DNA of 64,000 bases, from contig RGCL01000006.1 of assembly GCA_009919175.1 (NCBI GenBank), forward strand, positions 2,211 through 66,210. The letters run 5' to 3'. The notes beneath the pieces are model-generated. The model did no database searches. It was not told the origin of the DNA and saw only the letters and a list, made by a program, of their open reading frames with translations. This stretch comes from Betaproteobacteria bacterium. GTDB lineage: Bacteria > Pseudomonadota > Gammaproteobacteria > Burkholderiales > Burkholderiaceae_C. Shown here in pieces: positions 48,486 through 56,838 of this stretch (position 1 is the first letter of the stretch; each line of letters opens with the position of its first letter). The position numbers and the translations under genes are program-made.

Positions 48486-49577
48486 ATGTCTGACCGCTTC
48501 GCGCAAGAACCGTCTTACCGCCATGGCCAATCCAACAAGATTGGTATCGTTTGGTGCAACCTGGGCACGCCAGATGCACCCACCGCATCGGCGCTGAGGC
48601 GCTATTTGGCGCAGTTTCTAGGGGATCCTCGTGTGGTGGAGATTCCCCGTCTGGTTTGGCTGCCCATTCTTCACGGCATCATCCTTCGCCTTCGGCCTGC
48701 GAAATCTGCAGCCAAGTACGCCAGCATCTGGACCGAGCAGGGATCTCCCCTGCTTCATGGCACCTTGTCTCAAGCCCAAGCTCTTCAAACGCGTTTCGAT
48801 CCTGAGCGGGTGATGGTCAGACCTGCCATGCGTTACGGCTCTCCAGCTTTACCCACTGTGCTTGATGAAATGCGATCAGCCGGCGTGAATCAGTTGCTTG
48901 TGCTGAGCGCCTATCCGCAATACTCAGCCACCACCACGGCCAGTGTTTGGGACGATGTGTGTCAATGGATGAAACGGCATCGCAATCTGCCTGAGATGCG
49001 TTGGGTCAAGCACTATCACGATCACCCCAAATACATTGAAGCGCTGGCTGCGCAAGTTCGCCGGCATTGGCAAACCACGGGGCGACAAGCCCATTTGGTG
49101 ATGAGTTTTCATGGCGTGCCACAGCGCACCCTGGAGTTGGGCGATCCCTATCACTGCGAGTGTCACAAAACTGGTCGACTGCTGGCTCAGGCCCTGTCAC
49201 TCAAGTCTGACCAATACACCCTGACTTTCCAGTCAAGGTTTGGCAAAGCCAAATGGCTGGAACCCTACACAGAACCCACTGTCAAACGACTTGCGCAAGA
49301 GGGTCACCAAGCGTTGGATGTCATCTGCCCAGGTTTTGTCACAGACTGTCTGGAAACCTTGGAAGAAATTGCCATGGAGGTTCAGGCGGCGTTTCTTGAA
49401 TCCGGTGGCAGCGACTTTGGCTATATCCCTTGTTTGAATTCCGACCCCAGTTGGATAGACGCCTTGGTCGACATTGCAAGCACACACCTTCATGGCTGGA
49501 ACACATCCACTGTGAGCAATGTCAAGGAATTGGATGAGCAACGTGTCAGAGCCTTGGCCCTGGGTGCCAAGAACTGA
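48486..49577 (+). CDS. hemH: Ferrochelatase
   Basis: NLGTP, AMRYG.P, YPQYS, SFHG, FQSRFG..WLEP, DCLETLEEI. Confidence 0.95.
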   Translation: MSDRFAQEPSYRHGQSNKIGIVWCNLGTPDAPTASALRRYLAQFLGDPRVVEIPRLVWLPILHGIILRLRPAKSAAKYASIWTEQGSPLLHGTLSQAQALQTRFDPERVMVRPAMRYGSPALPTVLDEMRSAGVNQLLVLSAYPQYSATTTASVWDDVCQWMKRHRNLPEMRWVKHYHDHPKYIEALAAQVRRHWQTTGRQAHLVMSFHGVPQRTLELGDPYHCECHKTGRLLAQALSLKSDQYTLTFQSRFGKAKWLEPYTEPTVKRLAQEGHQALDVICPGFVTDCLETLEEIAMEVQAAFLESGGSDFGYIPCLNSDPSWIDALVDIASTHLHGWNTSTVSNVKELDEQRVRALALGAKN

Positions 49578-49593
49578 ACGCGTTCATGGGTCA

Positions 49594-50088
49594 TCAGACG
49601 TGATTCAAAAAGCCCAACCCATAGACCACAAGAAGTAAGGTCACAACGATGCTGACCCACAGCATGACCCGAGCACCACGCTGAGATCCAGGGCTGTCAC
49701 TTTCTGCCATGGCTTCGGTTGGTGGTGCCATCACTTGGTCTACTTGAGTGTCCCTTCTTTCACTCACTTCATCGGCCAAGTTTGGGTCCAATGGTGGGTT
49801 GGCAAGCGGGTGTAAAGGTTCGGCACGAACACTCACAGCAACCGTAGCCTCAGGTGAAGCAGTTGCAACCTCAGTTTGGTGTTTGTGAGCATCCAGCAAA
49901 ACAGCCAATCTCATTGTGGCCTTGCGTTTGATGTCGTCATTGTAAAAAGAGGAGGTGCCACCCTCCTCGATTTGCTTGACTTGCTTGACCGATAAACAAG
50001 CCCAAGCGGCTAATTCTTGTTGACTCAGGCCCCTGCTTTCCCGCAAGGATTTGATCAATGTCCCATCTACAGCAATGAGGGATGACAT
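49594..50088 (-). CDS. XRE-HTH protein with C-terminal TM (RodZ-like N-terminus)
   Basis: IKSLRESRGLSQQELA...QIEEG..SFY; Pro/Ala linker; hydrophobic VMLWVSIVVTLLLVVYGLGFL at the C-terminus. Confidence 0.7.
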   Translation of the reverse strand: MSSLIAVDGTLIKSLRESRGLSQQELAAWACLSVKQVKQIEEGGTSSFYNDDIKRKATMRLAVLLDAHKHQTEVATASPEATVAVSVRAEPLHPLANPPLDPNLADEVSERRDTQVDQVMAPPTEAMAESDSPGSQRGARVMLWVSIVVTLLLVVYGLGFLNHV

Positions 50089-50109
50089 GAGTCAATCAGT
50101 GAAAAATCG

Positions 50110-50568
50110 TCATTTGACGAGCAGAAGTTCGCCCTTGATCGACGCGCCCTTTTGGACGGACAACGTTTGGTAAACCACATGGCCATCGACAGAGGCAGAT
50201 GAGGTGACGATCAGTTCCTGACAAGTGGCTGTGCCGGAGAACTTACCTTTGATGTGCAAGCTAGAGCAGGTCACCACGCCTTCAACCTGACCTTTTGAAC
50301 CGATGGTCAACTCGTCAACTTGAATTTGTCCGTTCAAAGAGCCTTCCACATGGATGGCGCCTTTGGCTGCAATCTCACCTCGGAAGGAAAATCCCTCACT
50401 GAGGATAGAGGGCTTGGAAGCGGTGGTAGACAAAGCATCCATGACTGAAGGTTTTGAAAGGGTTGAAGGGGGAGTATCCGACTCACGGCCAATTTCGCCC
50501 ATCGTCTCCGATGAGGGAGATGAAGTCGCAATGCCACTGTTACCGGGCGGTTTTGATTTGTTGAACAT
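50110..50568 (-). CDS. Bactofilin (polymer-forming cytoskeletal protein) B
   Basis: SILSEG..FRGEI...HVEG..NGQI..DELTIG..G.V.G, V.G.V.Y..LSVQKGA.IKG beta-helix repeats; N-terminal MFNK. Confidence 0.85.
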   Translation of the reverse strand: MFNKSKPPGNSGIATSSPSSETMGEIGRESDTPPSTLSKPSVMDALSTTASKPSILSEGFSFRGEIAAKGAIHVEGSLNGQIQVDELTIGSKGQVEGVVTCSSLHIKGKFSGTATCQELIVTSSASVDGHVVYQTLSVQKGASIKGELLLVK

Positions 50569-51550
50569 ATTGAGCCGTTCGAATCACATTTTGCGGGTTG
50601 ACTGGATAGCCTCCAATGAGGATTTCCAGGTGGAGATGCTTGCCAGTGGACACACCAGAGTTGCCAATATATCCCAAGACGGTATCGACACCAACCGTGT
50701 CGCCTTGTTTCACCAACACTTTTGATAAATGTCCATAGACGGATTCAATGCCATTGGAATGGCGGACCATCACCATGTTGCCGTAGCTTGGATGCTCCTG
50801 AGCGCCCATCACAACGCCTGATTTGACGGGATAAATGCGCTCGTCCGGGTCATCAGTGATCAAGTCGATGCCACTGTGAAAGTGGGCACGACCTGAAATG
50901 GGGTGCTTGCGAATGCCAAAGCCAGAGGTGATTTCAAAAGACTTAATGGGCATGGCGCTGGGCAATGCATACAACACATCGCGCAGGGAACGATTGGTTT
51001 CCAAATCTTCTGCCACCTTGCCGCGCAACAAGGGGTTGGACTTGAGATCATCATTGACGGTGAATCCACCCTTGGCAGAGTTGTCCTGGATGATGCGAAC
51101 AATCTTTTCAGTCAAGCCTGCTGTCTGTAGCTGAGTCTTGATGGTTTCGTTTTCCTTGGATACCGCCACCATGGACATGTCCACGAAACGACGAATGCTC
51201 GTATCGCGGTCACGAATGGCTTGTGCGAGTGTGAGCATCTGGGATTCATCAATGGATTCACCCGCTACGTCTTGTTCGTTGCTCGATAGCAAAGCGCGAT
51301 AAACCGCCTCGTGAGAGCGCTCAAGCTTCATGCGGCTGATCAAGAGATCCACATTGACCACCACCATCAGCGTGAGCAACAAAGTCAAACCGCCAACTGT
51401 GACGATGGCGCTGCGCACCAACCACTTTTGAACTGAGGCCGTGATACTTAAATAATGCAAATCACCTTGTTGTTCAAGGATGATGCGCGCATCTTTGAAT
51501 GGATGATTCCAACCCTTGACCACCAAAGCAGGGATCTGTTTGATCAACAT
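50540..51550 (-). CDS. M23 metallo-endopeptidase with N-terminal TM (start may be 51574)
   Basis: SGFGIRKHP, HSGID (HxxxD), YGNMV, YGHL, STGKHLH (HxH); TM near the N-terminus followed by a helical stalk. Confidence 0.9.
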   Translation of the reverse strand: MLIKQIPALVVKGWNHPFKDARIILEQQGDLHYLSITASVQKWLVRSAIVTVGGLTLLLTLMVVVNVDLLISRMKLERSHEAVYRALLSSNEQDVAGESIDESQMLTLAQAIRDRDTSIRRFVDMSMVAVSKENETIKTQLQTAGLTEKIVRIIQDNSAKGGFTVNDDLKSNPLLRGKVAEDLETNRSLRDVLYALPSAMPIKSFEITSGFGIRKHPISGRAHFHSGIDLITDDPDERIYPVKSGVVMGAQEHPSYGNMVMVRHSNGIESVYGHLSKVLVKQGDTVGVDTVLGYIGNSGVSTGKHLHLEILIGGYPVNPQNVIRTAQYVQQIKTAR

Positions 51551-51583
51551 CCATGGAAAACGAAAACGCCGCATGAGAAACCT

Positions 51584-52069
51584 TTACGCCTTATCGGCTC
51601 CCTCGGGCTTGGCTGGCTCAGAGGCAGGCGCAGGAGAAGGTGCAGCAGCAGGCGTTAGAGGAGGTACAACCGCGGTCGGTGCAACAAACGTGGGTGCAGA
51701 AACAGGCGCCTGCACGGACATGCGAACCGGGGGGCTATCCAGACCCTGATTCAACACCCCCTCGATCTCACCGCCTTTTTCGATTTCGATTTCGGAATAG
51801 TGAACCTTGCCCGCAAGTTTGCCGCTGCTGCGCACAATCAAGCTCTTTTCACTGATGATGTCGTTATGCAGTTCGCCACGAACATCAATCACCTTGGCCT
51901 TGATTCGGCCGGTGATTTTCCCAGTGGGACCAATCAACAATTCATCCGCAGTCAGGTCACCCTCGATGACACCATTGATGATGGCTTTGGAGGGGACGGT
52001 GAAGGTGCCTTTGACCATGACACCGTCGCCAATGACAATGCTGTCTAAAGAATCAGATTGATTTGACAT
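51584..52069 (-). CDS. Bactofilin (polymer-forming cytoskeletal protein) A
   Basis: IVIGDGVMVKG, INGVIEGD, LLIGPTGKITG, GKVHYSEIEIEKGGEIEG; Pro/Ala-rich tail. Confidence 0.85.
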   Translation of the reverse strand: MSNQSDSLDSIVIGDGVMVKGTFTVPSKAIINGVIEGDLTADELLIGPTGKITGRIKAKVIDVRGELHNDIISEKSLIVRSSGKLAGKVHYSEIEIEKGGEIEGVLNQGLDSPPVRMSVQAPVSAPTFVAPTAVVPPLTPAAAPSPAPASEPAKPEGADKA

Positions 52070-52109
52070 GTTGATTCACGCTCCTTGAGCGGATGTTAAC
52101 AAACCAGAC

Positions 52110-52201
52110 CTGAATCAAATTGAATTCAGAACGTATTGATTTCATTGAATTTTCTATTGTTAGAAACTCAAAGGATCGAAACTTTCTGAATCAACTTGAA
52201 T
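52110..52201. repeat. 16-bp direct repeat pair CTGAATCAA(A/C)TTGAAT
   Basis: Copies at 52110-52125 and 52186-52201, 15/16 identical. Confidence 0.8.
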
Positions 52202-52280
52202 AAGCGTAAAAAGCTTGACATCCGGGATGGTGAATGAATTCATTTGTATAAATTATCCCAATGAAGTTCAAAGGATTGAA
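52168..52280. repeat. 13-bp direct repeat pair TCAAAGGAT(C/T)GAA
   Basis: Copies at 52168-52180 and 52268-52280, 12/13 identical, 100 bp apart. Confidence 0.75.
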
Positions 52281-52360
52281 TGTCATATCAACACTGGGAA
52301 GATTTCACAACATTGAGTCTGAAATGAGACAAATTTTTGTAACCTCATTCCTTAAAGGCT

Positions 52361-53917
52361 TTAGATTGGGGGGCGTCCAGCTCCTGATTTGCCCTGACCA
52401 GTCGCCGGTCGGCTCTTGTGGGTGCGATGACCCGCATGCGCATGGTGGGCCTCGTCGCGTCCCGTTCTTGAGCCTGGTGAGGCATGTGAAGTTGACTTGG
52501 GCGCACCGTCAGCACGCGCAAAGCGATCGCCTGAACGTGGCTTGGCTGTCGATGTCCCACCGTTTCTCGAACGCTGTCCACGGTGACCCGAACCGGGTTT
52601 GGTGGCGGCATGTTTTGGCTTGGACAAACGCTGCCTTGGCTCCAGACCCTCGACAACGTGAACTGCCATGGGGCGGCCCAAATACTGCTCAATGGCGTTG
52701 ACTTTTCTGGACTCGCGCATCAAGGCAAATGTGACCGCCAAGCCCTTGCGCCCTGCTCTGCCCGTACGGCCAATGCGGTGCACATGGTCTTCTTCTTTCA
52801 TGGGTAAGCCGTGGTTGAAGACGTGGCTGATACCTGGCACGTCAATGCCACGTGCAGCCACATCGGTGGCCACGAGAAATTTCAGACGACCGCTGCGCAA
52901 CTGGGTCAGTCGGCGATTGCGCACCGCCTGACTCAGCGCACCATGCAAAGCCATGGCGGAAAAGCCTTCATCTTGGAGGTACTGTGCCAATGCCTCACAA
53001 CCCACCTGTGTGCTCGTGAAGATGATGGCCTGCTCAATGTTGACGTCCCTGAGCCAATGCTCCAGTAGTCTGGAACGATGAGCTTCGTCATCAGCCCAGT
53101 AAAGACGTTGCTCAATGCTTTCGTGGGCTTTGCGGTTGTCATGCAATTGCAAGCGAGTTGCGCCAGGTGCCAAGGCCTTAGCCAGCCTCTCGATGGGGGG
53201 GTCAAAGGTGGCGCTGAACATCATGGTGCAGGCTCGCTGGGCTGTCATTTCATCCACCCGCGCAAGGTCAGGGGCAAAGCCCAGGTCCAGCATGCGGTCG
53301 GCTTCATCCAGCACCAACCACTGCACCGCACTCAAATCGAGGCTACCCGAGTCGGCCAAATCCAACAATCGGCCAGGGGTGGCAATCACCATGTCCACAT
53401 TTTGAAGACGTGACATTTGCACGGCATAGGGCATGCCGCCCACCAGGCAAGCCACACGCGGGCCTTTGCCTGCACGCACCAAATTGATCGCATCGTTGGC
53501 CACTTGCTGCGCCAGTTCACGCGTGGGGCACAAGATCAAGGCACTGGGCTTGGGGGTGACAAAGTGCCTGGGGTTATAGGGGTTGCGACGTTTGGTCGCC
53601 GCCTTGCGCTTGCCAAAAGCATCGGCAGGCGCCTCAGCATTGGGACTCTTTTGCGCCATCTGCCCCGTGCGTTGAAGTTCGATGGATTGCAGCACTGGCA
53701 GCAAAAAGGCCAAGGTCTTGCCGCTGCCGGTCTGGCTGGAAACCAAGAGGTTGGGGGCTTGATCAGCGGCCTTGACCCAGTGGTCCCAAACCGTGGATTG
53801 GACTGAGGTGGGGGATTCAAATCCCAAACTCGCTACCGCATCTTTGAGGAAAGGGGCAAGGTCAAAAGGGCAAAAGGCAGGCGCAACAGCGGTCTGCTCG
53901 GTGTGAGTAGAGTTCAT
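52361..53917 (-). CDS. DEAD-box RNA helicase (RhlE-like)
   Basis: SQTGSGKT, PTRELA, TPGRLLD, DEAD, SAT, ARGID, HRIGRTGRAG; basic disordered tail. Confidence 0.93.
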   Translation of the reverse strand: MNSTHTEQTAVAPAFCPFDLAPFLKDAVASLGFESPTSVQSTVWDHWVKAADQAPNLLVSSQTGSGKTLAFLLPVLQSIELQRTGQMAQKSPNAEAPADAFGKRKAATKRRNPYNPRHFVTPKPSALILCPTRELAQQVANDAINLVRAGKGPRVACLVGGMPYAVQMSRLQNVDMVIATPGRLLDLADSGSLDLSAVQWLVLDEADRMLDLGFAPDLARVDEMTAQRACTMMFSATFDPPIERLAKALAPGATRLQLHDNRKAHESIEQRLYWADDEAHRSRLLEHWLRDVNIEQAIIFTSTQVGCEALAQYLQDEGFSAMALHGALSQAVRNRRLTQLRSGRLKFLVATDVAARGIDVPGISHVFNHGLPMKEEDHVHRIGRTGRAGRKGLAVTFALMRESRKVNAIEQYLGRPMAVHVVEGLEPRQRLSKPKHAATKPGSGHRGQRSRNGGTSTAKPRSGDRFARADGAPKSTSHASPGSRTGRDEAHHAHAGHRTHKSRPATGQGKSGAGRPPI

Positions 53918-54055
53918 CTCGCGAGGTATCCATGAAGGTTGAAAGGCATCAACCATCAAAAATCCGTATTGGACGGATCAGACCATGTGTCTGAGAGCTG
54001 GCGGATGTGGGGGTTGGTGTAAGACCAACTGGTGCATTCTCTCACGACTTGGGCA

Positions 54056-54631
54056 TCAGCACCGCAAAAAATGTGTTTTGTAGTGGATTAGCTCGTCAAT
54101 GGACTCGTGAACATCGGCCAATGCTGTGTGCAATTGGCGCTTTTTGAAGGCGGAATGCACCTCAGGCTTCCAACGCTTGGCCAATTCCTTCAGGGTGCTG
54201 ACATCCAGATTGCGATAGTGAAACCATGCCTCGAGCTTAGGCATGTACTTGACGAGAAAACGCCTGTCCTGGCCAATGGTGTTGCCACACATGGGAGAAG
54301 ACTGCTTGGGTACATATTGCTGGATGAAAGCCAGCAGTTGCTCCTGAGCCTGATCTTCGGTGCACATCGAAGCTTTGACGCGGTCGATGAGGCCACTGCG
54401 ACCATGAGTTCCCTTGTTCCAGGCATCCATGCTGTTGAGCACCTCATCCTTTTGGTGAATGACCAGCACTGGGCCTTCCACGCGCTGCTGCAGGTCAGGA
54501 CCAGTGATCACCACGGCGATTTCAAGTAAACGCTCGCGCTCAGGGTCAAGACCGGACATTTCACAATCAATCCAGACCAGGTTGAGGTCTGACTTGGCCA
54601 ATGCAACAGAAGGGGTCACGGATTCGCTCAT
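54056..54631 (-). CDS. orn: Oligoribonuclease
   Basis: [46 protein letters not shown]. Confidence 0.96.
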   Translation of the reverse strand: MSESVTPSVALAKSDLNLVWIDCEMSGLDPERERLLEIAVVITGPDLQQRVEGPVLVIHQKDEVLNSMDAWNKGTHGRSGLIDRVKASMCTEDQAQEQLLAFIQQYVPKQSSPMCGNTIGQDRRFLVKYMPKLEAWFHYRNLDVSTLKELAKRWKPEVHSAFKKRQLHTALADVHESIDELIHYKTHFLRC

Positions 54632-54690
54632 CTGTGCATTGTCCACCATGGGGTAAACAAGGCTTTTTCAGGAATGAATAAACTCCACGC

Positions 54691-55947
54691 ATGACACATG
54701 ATATTTGGCTTGCTTGGGTGGTGATTGCAATCTTTGCCTTGCATTGGGCGACTGTGCTGTGGTTGGAGGCTCGCCAGCGTGCGCATGTGCTTCGCAACCA
54801 AAGTCAGGTCCCTACGGCCTTTCAGAACGAAGTGAGCCTGGCCGAACATCAGGCCGCCGCCCGCTATGCCCTGTCCAAATCTGTGTTCACCAGTTGGACA
54901 ACCACCGCCAGCCTGATCGAGGCCGTGTGCTGGACGTTCGGCGGTGGTTTGTCCTGGCTCCAATCCACGGTGAGTCATGGTCTTGGCGATGGCTTGACCG
55001 CCCAACTCACTTTCGTGGCGGCCTTCATCCTGATCCATTCCCTGATCCAGCTCCCCTTCTCTCTCTACAGCATCTTTGTGGTGGAAGCCGAGCATGGTTT
55101 CAATCGAAGCAGCTTGAGCCTGTGGTTCATTGACCAAATCAAAGGCCTGGTACTTGGTCTGATCCTCGGGCTTGCACTTTTGGCTGGGGTGCTTCAACTC
55201 ATGTCCCAAGGTGGCACCCACTGGTGGATTTGGGTCTGGTTGCTGTGGATGAGTTTCCAAATCGTGCTGATGATCGTGGCTCCCCGATGGCTGATGCCCC
55301 TTTTCAACACCTTCAAGCCTTTTGAGGATGAGCACATTCGCCCGCGCGCCGAGGCCTTGATGCAAGCCGTGGGCTTCAAAGCCAAAGACTTTCAGGTCAT
55401 GGATGCGAGCCGGCGCAGCTCCCATGCGAATGCGTTTTTCACTGGACTGGGCACCGAAAAGCGCGTCGTGTTTTTTGATACCTTGCTCGACAAACTCAAT
55501 GCCGGCGAAGTGATCGCAGTGCTCGCTCATGAGCTCGGTCATTTCAAACTCCGCCATGTCACCTGGATGTTCATCACCCAAGCTCTGGTGAGTGCCGTTT
55601 TCCTCTTTGGTCTGGATGCCCTCCAATCCAGGATGGAAGTGCTGAGCGTCTTGGGGCTTGAAGCCGCATCTGGCCAAGGCCGACATGCCCTGCTGCTTTT
55701 GTCTCTTTACTGGTTGCTGCCACCCGCCTTGTTTTTTCTCAAGCCGCTGGGCAGCGCACTGTCTCGCCGCAGAGAATTCCAAGCCGATGCCTTTGCTGTG
55801 CAGCATGCCCAGGCACCCGATTTACGCAACGCCCTCATCAAGCTCTACAAAGGCAACTCCTCCACCCTCACGCCAGACCCGCTGTACGTGTGGTTCCATC
55901 ACAGCCACCCGCCTGCTCTGGATCGACTGAGACAGTTGCATGTCTGA
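54691..55947 (+). CDS. M48 (Ste24-like) membrane metallopeptidase
   Basis: NAFFTG, FDTLL, AHELGH (HExxH), EFQAD, HSHP. Confidence 0.92.
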   Translation: MTHDIWLAWVVIAIFALHWATVLWLEARQRAHVLRNQSQVPTAFQNEVSLAEHQAAARYALSKSVFTSWTTTASLIEAVCWTFGGGLSWLQSTVSHGLGDGLTAQLTFVAAFILIHSLIQLPFSLYSIFVVEAEHGFNRSSLSLWFIDQIKGLVLGLILGLALLAGVLQLMSQGGTHWWIWVWLLWMSFQIVLMIVAPRWLMPLFNTFKPFEDEHIRPRAEALMQAVGFKAKDFQVMDASRRSSHANAFFTGLGTEKRVVFFDTLLDKLNAGEVIAVLAHELGHFKLRHVTWMFITQALVSAVFLFGLDALQSRMEVLSVLGLEAASGQGRHALLLLSLYWLLPPALFFLKPLGSALSRRREFQADAFAVQHAQAPDLRNALIKLYKGNSSTLTPDPLYVWFHHSHPPALDRLRQLHV

Positions 55948-56824
55948 ACCCACGCATCGGGTGGTCGAGTCGTATGGCCGACAGCTTCAAGTTGAAGACG
56001 CACAAGGGCAGCGTCATCTGGCGCTGATCAAAAGCAAGAAAACAACAGCTCTCGTTGGCGACTGGGTGTGCTGCCACCGCGAATCTGACAGCCTGGTCAT
56101 CGATTCAGTGGCTGCCCGGCACAACGAATTTTTTCGCCAGGATCAGATCCGCACCAAGTCCTTTGCCGCCAACATCGATCAGGTTCTGATCCTCATTGCC
56201 GCGGAGCCCCATTTTTCAGACATGCAATTGATGCGCTCCCTGATCGCCGCAGCGTCCCAGGATATCCCCGCAGCCATTGCACTGAACAAATCCGACTTGA
56301 CCGAATCTTTTGCGCTGGCTCGGCATCGACTGGCCAATCATGCCCGGTGGGAGGTGCCCCTCTTCCCCATGCAAATCAAACCCACCCCTCGCGGTTTGCC
56401 AGAACTCCTGGCCTGGATGGAAGGCAAGTCCACCCTGGTGGTTGGGCCGTCCGGGTCGGGAAAAAGCTCACTCATCAACACCCTGGTGCCCCACGCCCAA
56501 TCGCGCACACAAGACCTCTCTAAAGCTTTGCATTCGGGCAAGCACACGACCACCCGGACCACCTGGTATTGGCTGGATGCGGCGCATCACAGCGCGCTGA
56601 TCGATTCACCAGGGTTTCAGGAGTTTGGCTTGCACCATGTGGGGGCACAGCAACTCCCTTGGCTCATGCCTGACCTTCGAGCTCACATGGGGCATTGCCG
56701 TTTCAGCAACTGCAGCCATTTGAATGAACCCCAGTGCAGCGTACGCAATGCAGTCGAACAAGGCCTGATCGACGCCACACGCTACCGGATCTATTGCCAA
56801 CTGCACGACGAGTTGAGTCAATGA
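55940..56824 (+). CDS. rsgA: Ribosome small subunit-dependent GTPase A
   Basis: NKSD, GPSGSGKSSLIN, GKHTTT, DSPG, CRFSNCSH..EP.C. Confidence 0.94.
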   Translation: MSEPTHRVVESYGRQLQVEDAQGQRHLALIKSKKTTALVGDWVCCHRESDSLVIDSVAARHNEFFRQDQIRTKSFAANIDQVLILIAAEPHFSDMQLMRSLIAAASQDIPAAIALNKSDLTESFALARHRLANHARWEVPLFPMQIKPTPRGLPELLAWMEGKSTLVVGPSGSGKSSLINTLVPHAQSRTQDLSKALHSGKHTTTRTTWYWLDAAHHSALIDSPGFQEFGLHHVGAQQLPWLMPDLRAHMGHCRFSNCSHLNEPQCSVRNAVEQGLIDATRYRIYCQLHDELSQ

Positions 56825-56838
56825 GGCAAGCCCGGGCA

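Noticed and set aside
52261-52701. 146-aa plus-strand ORF
   Set aside because: Mostly antisense to the helicase, no motif, and it starts in the AT-rich regulatory region.
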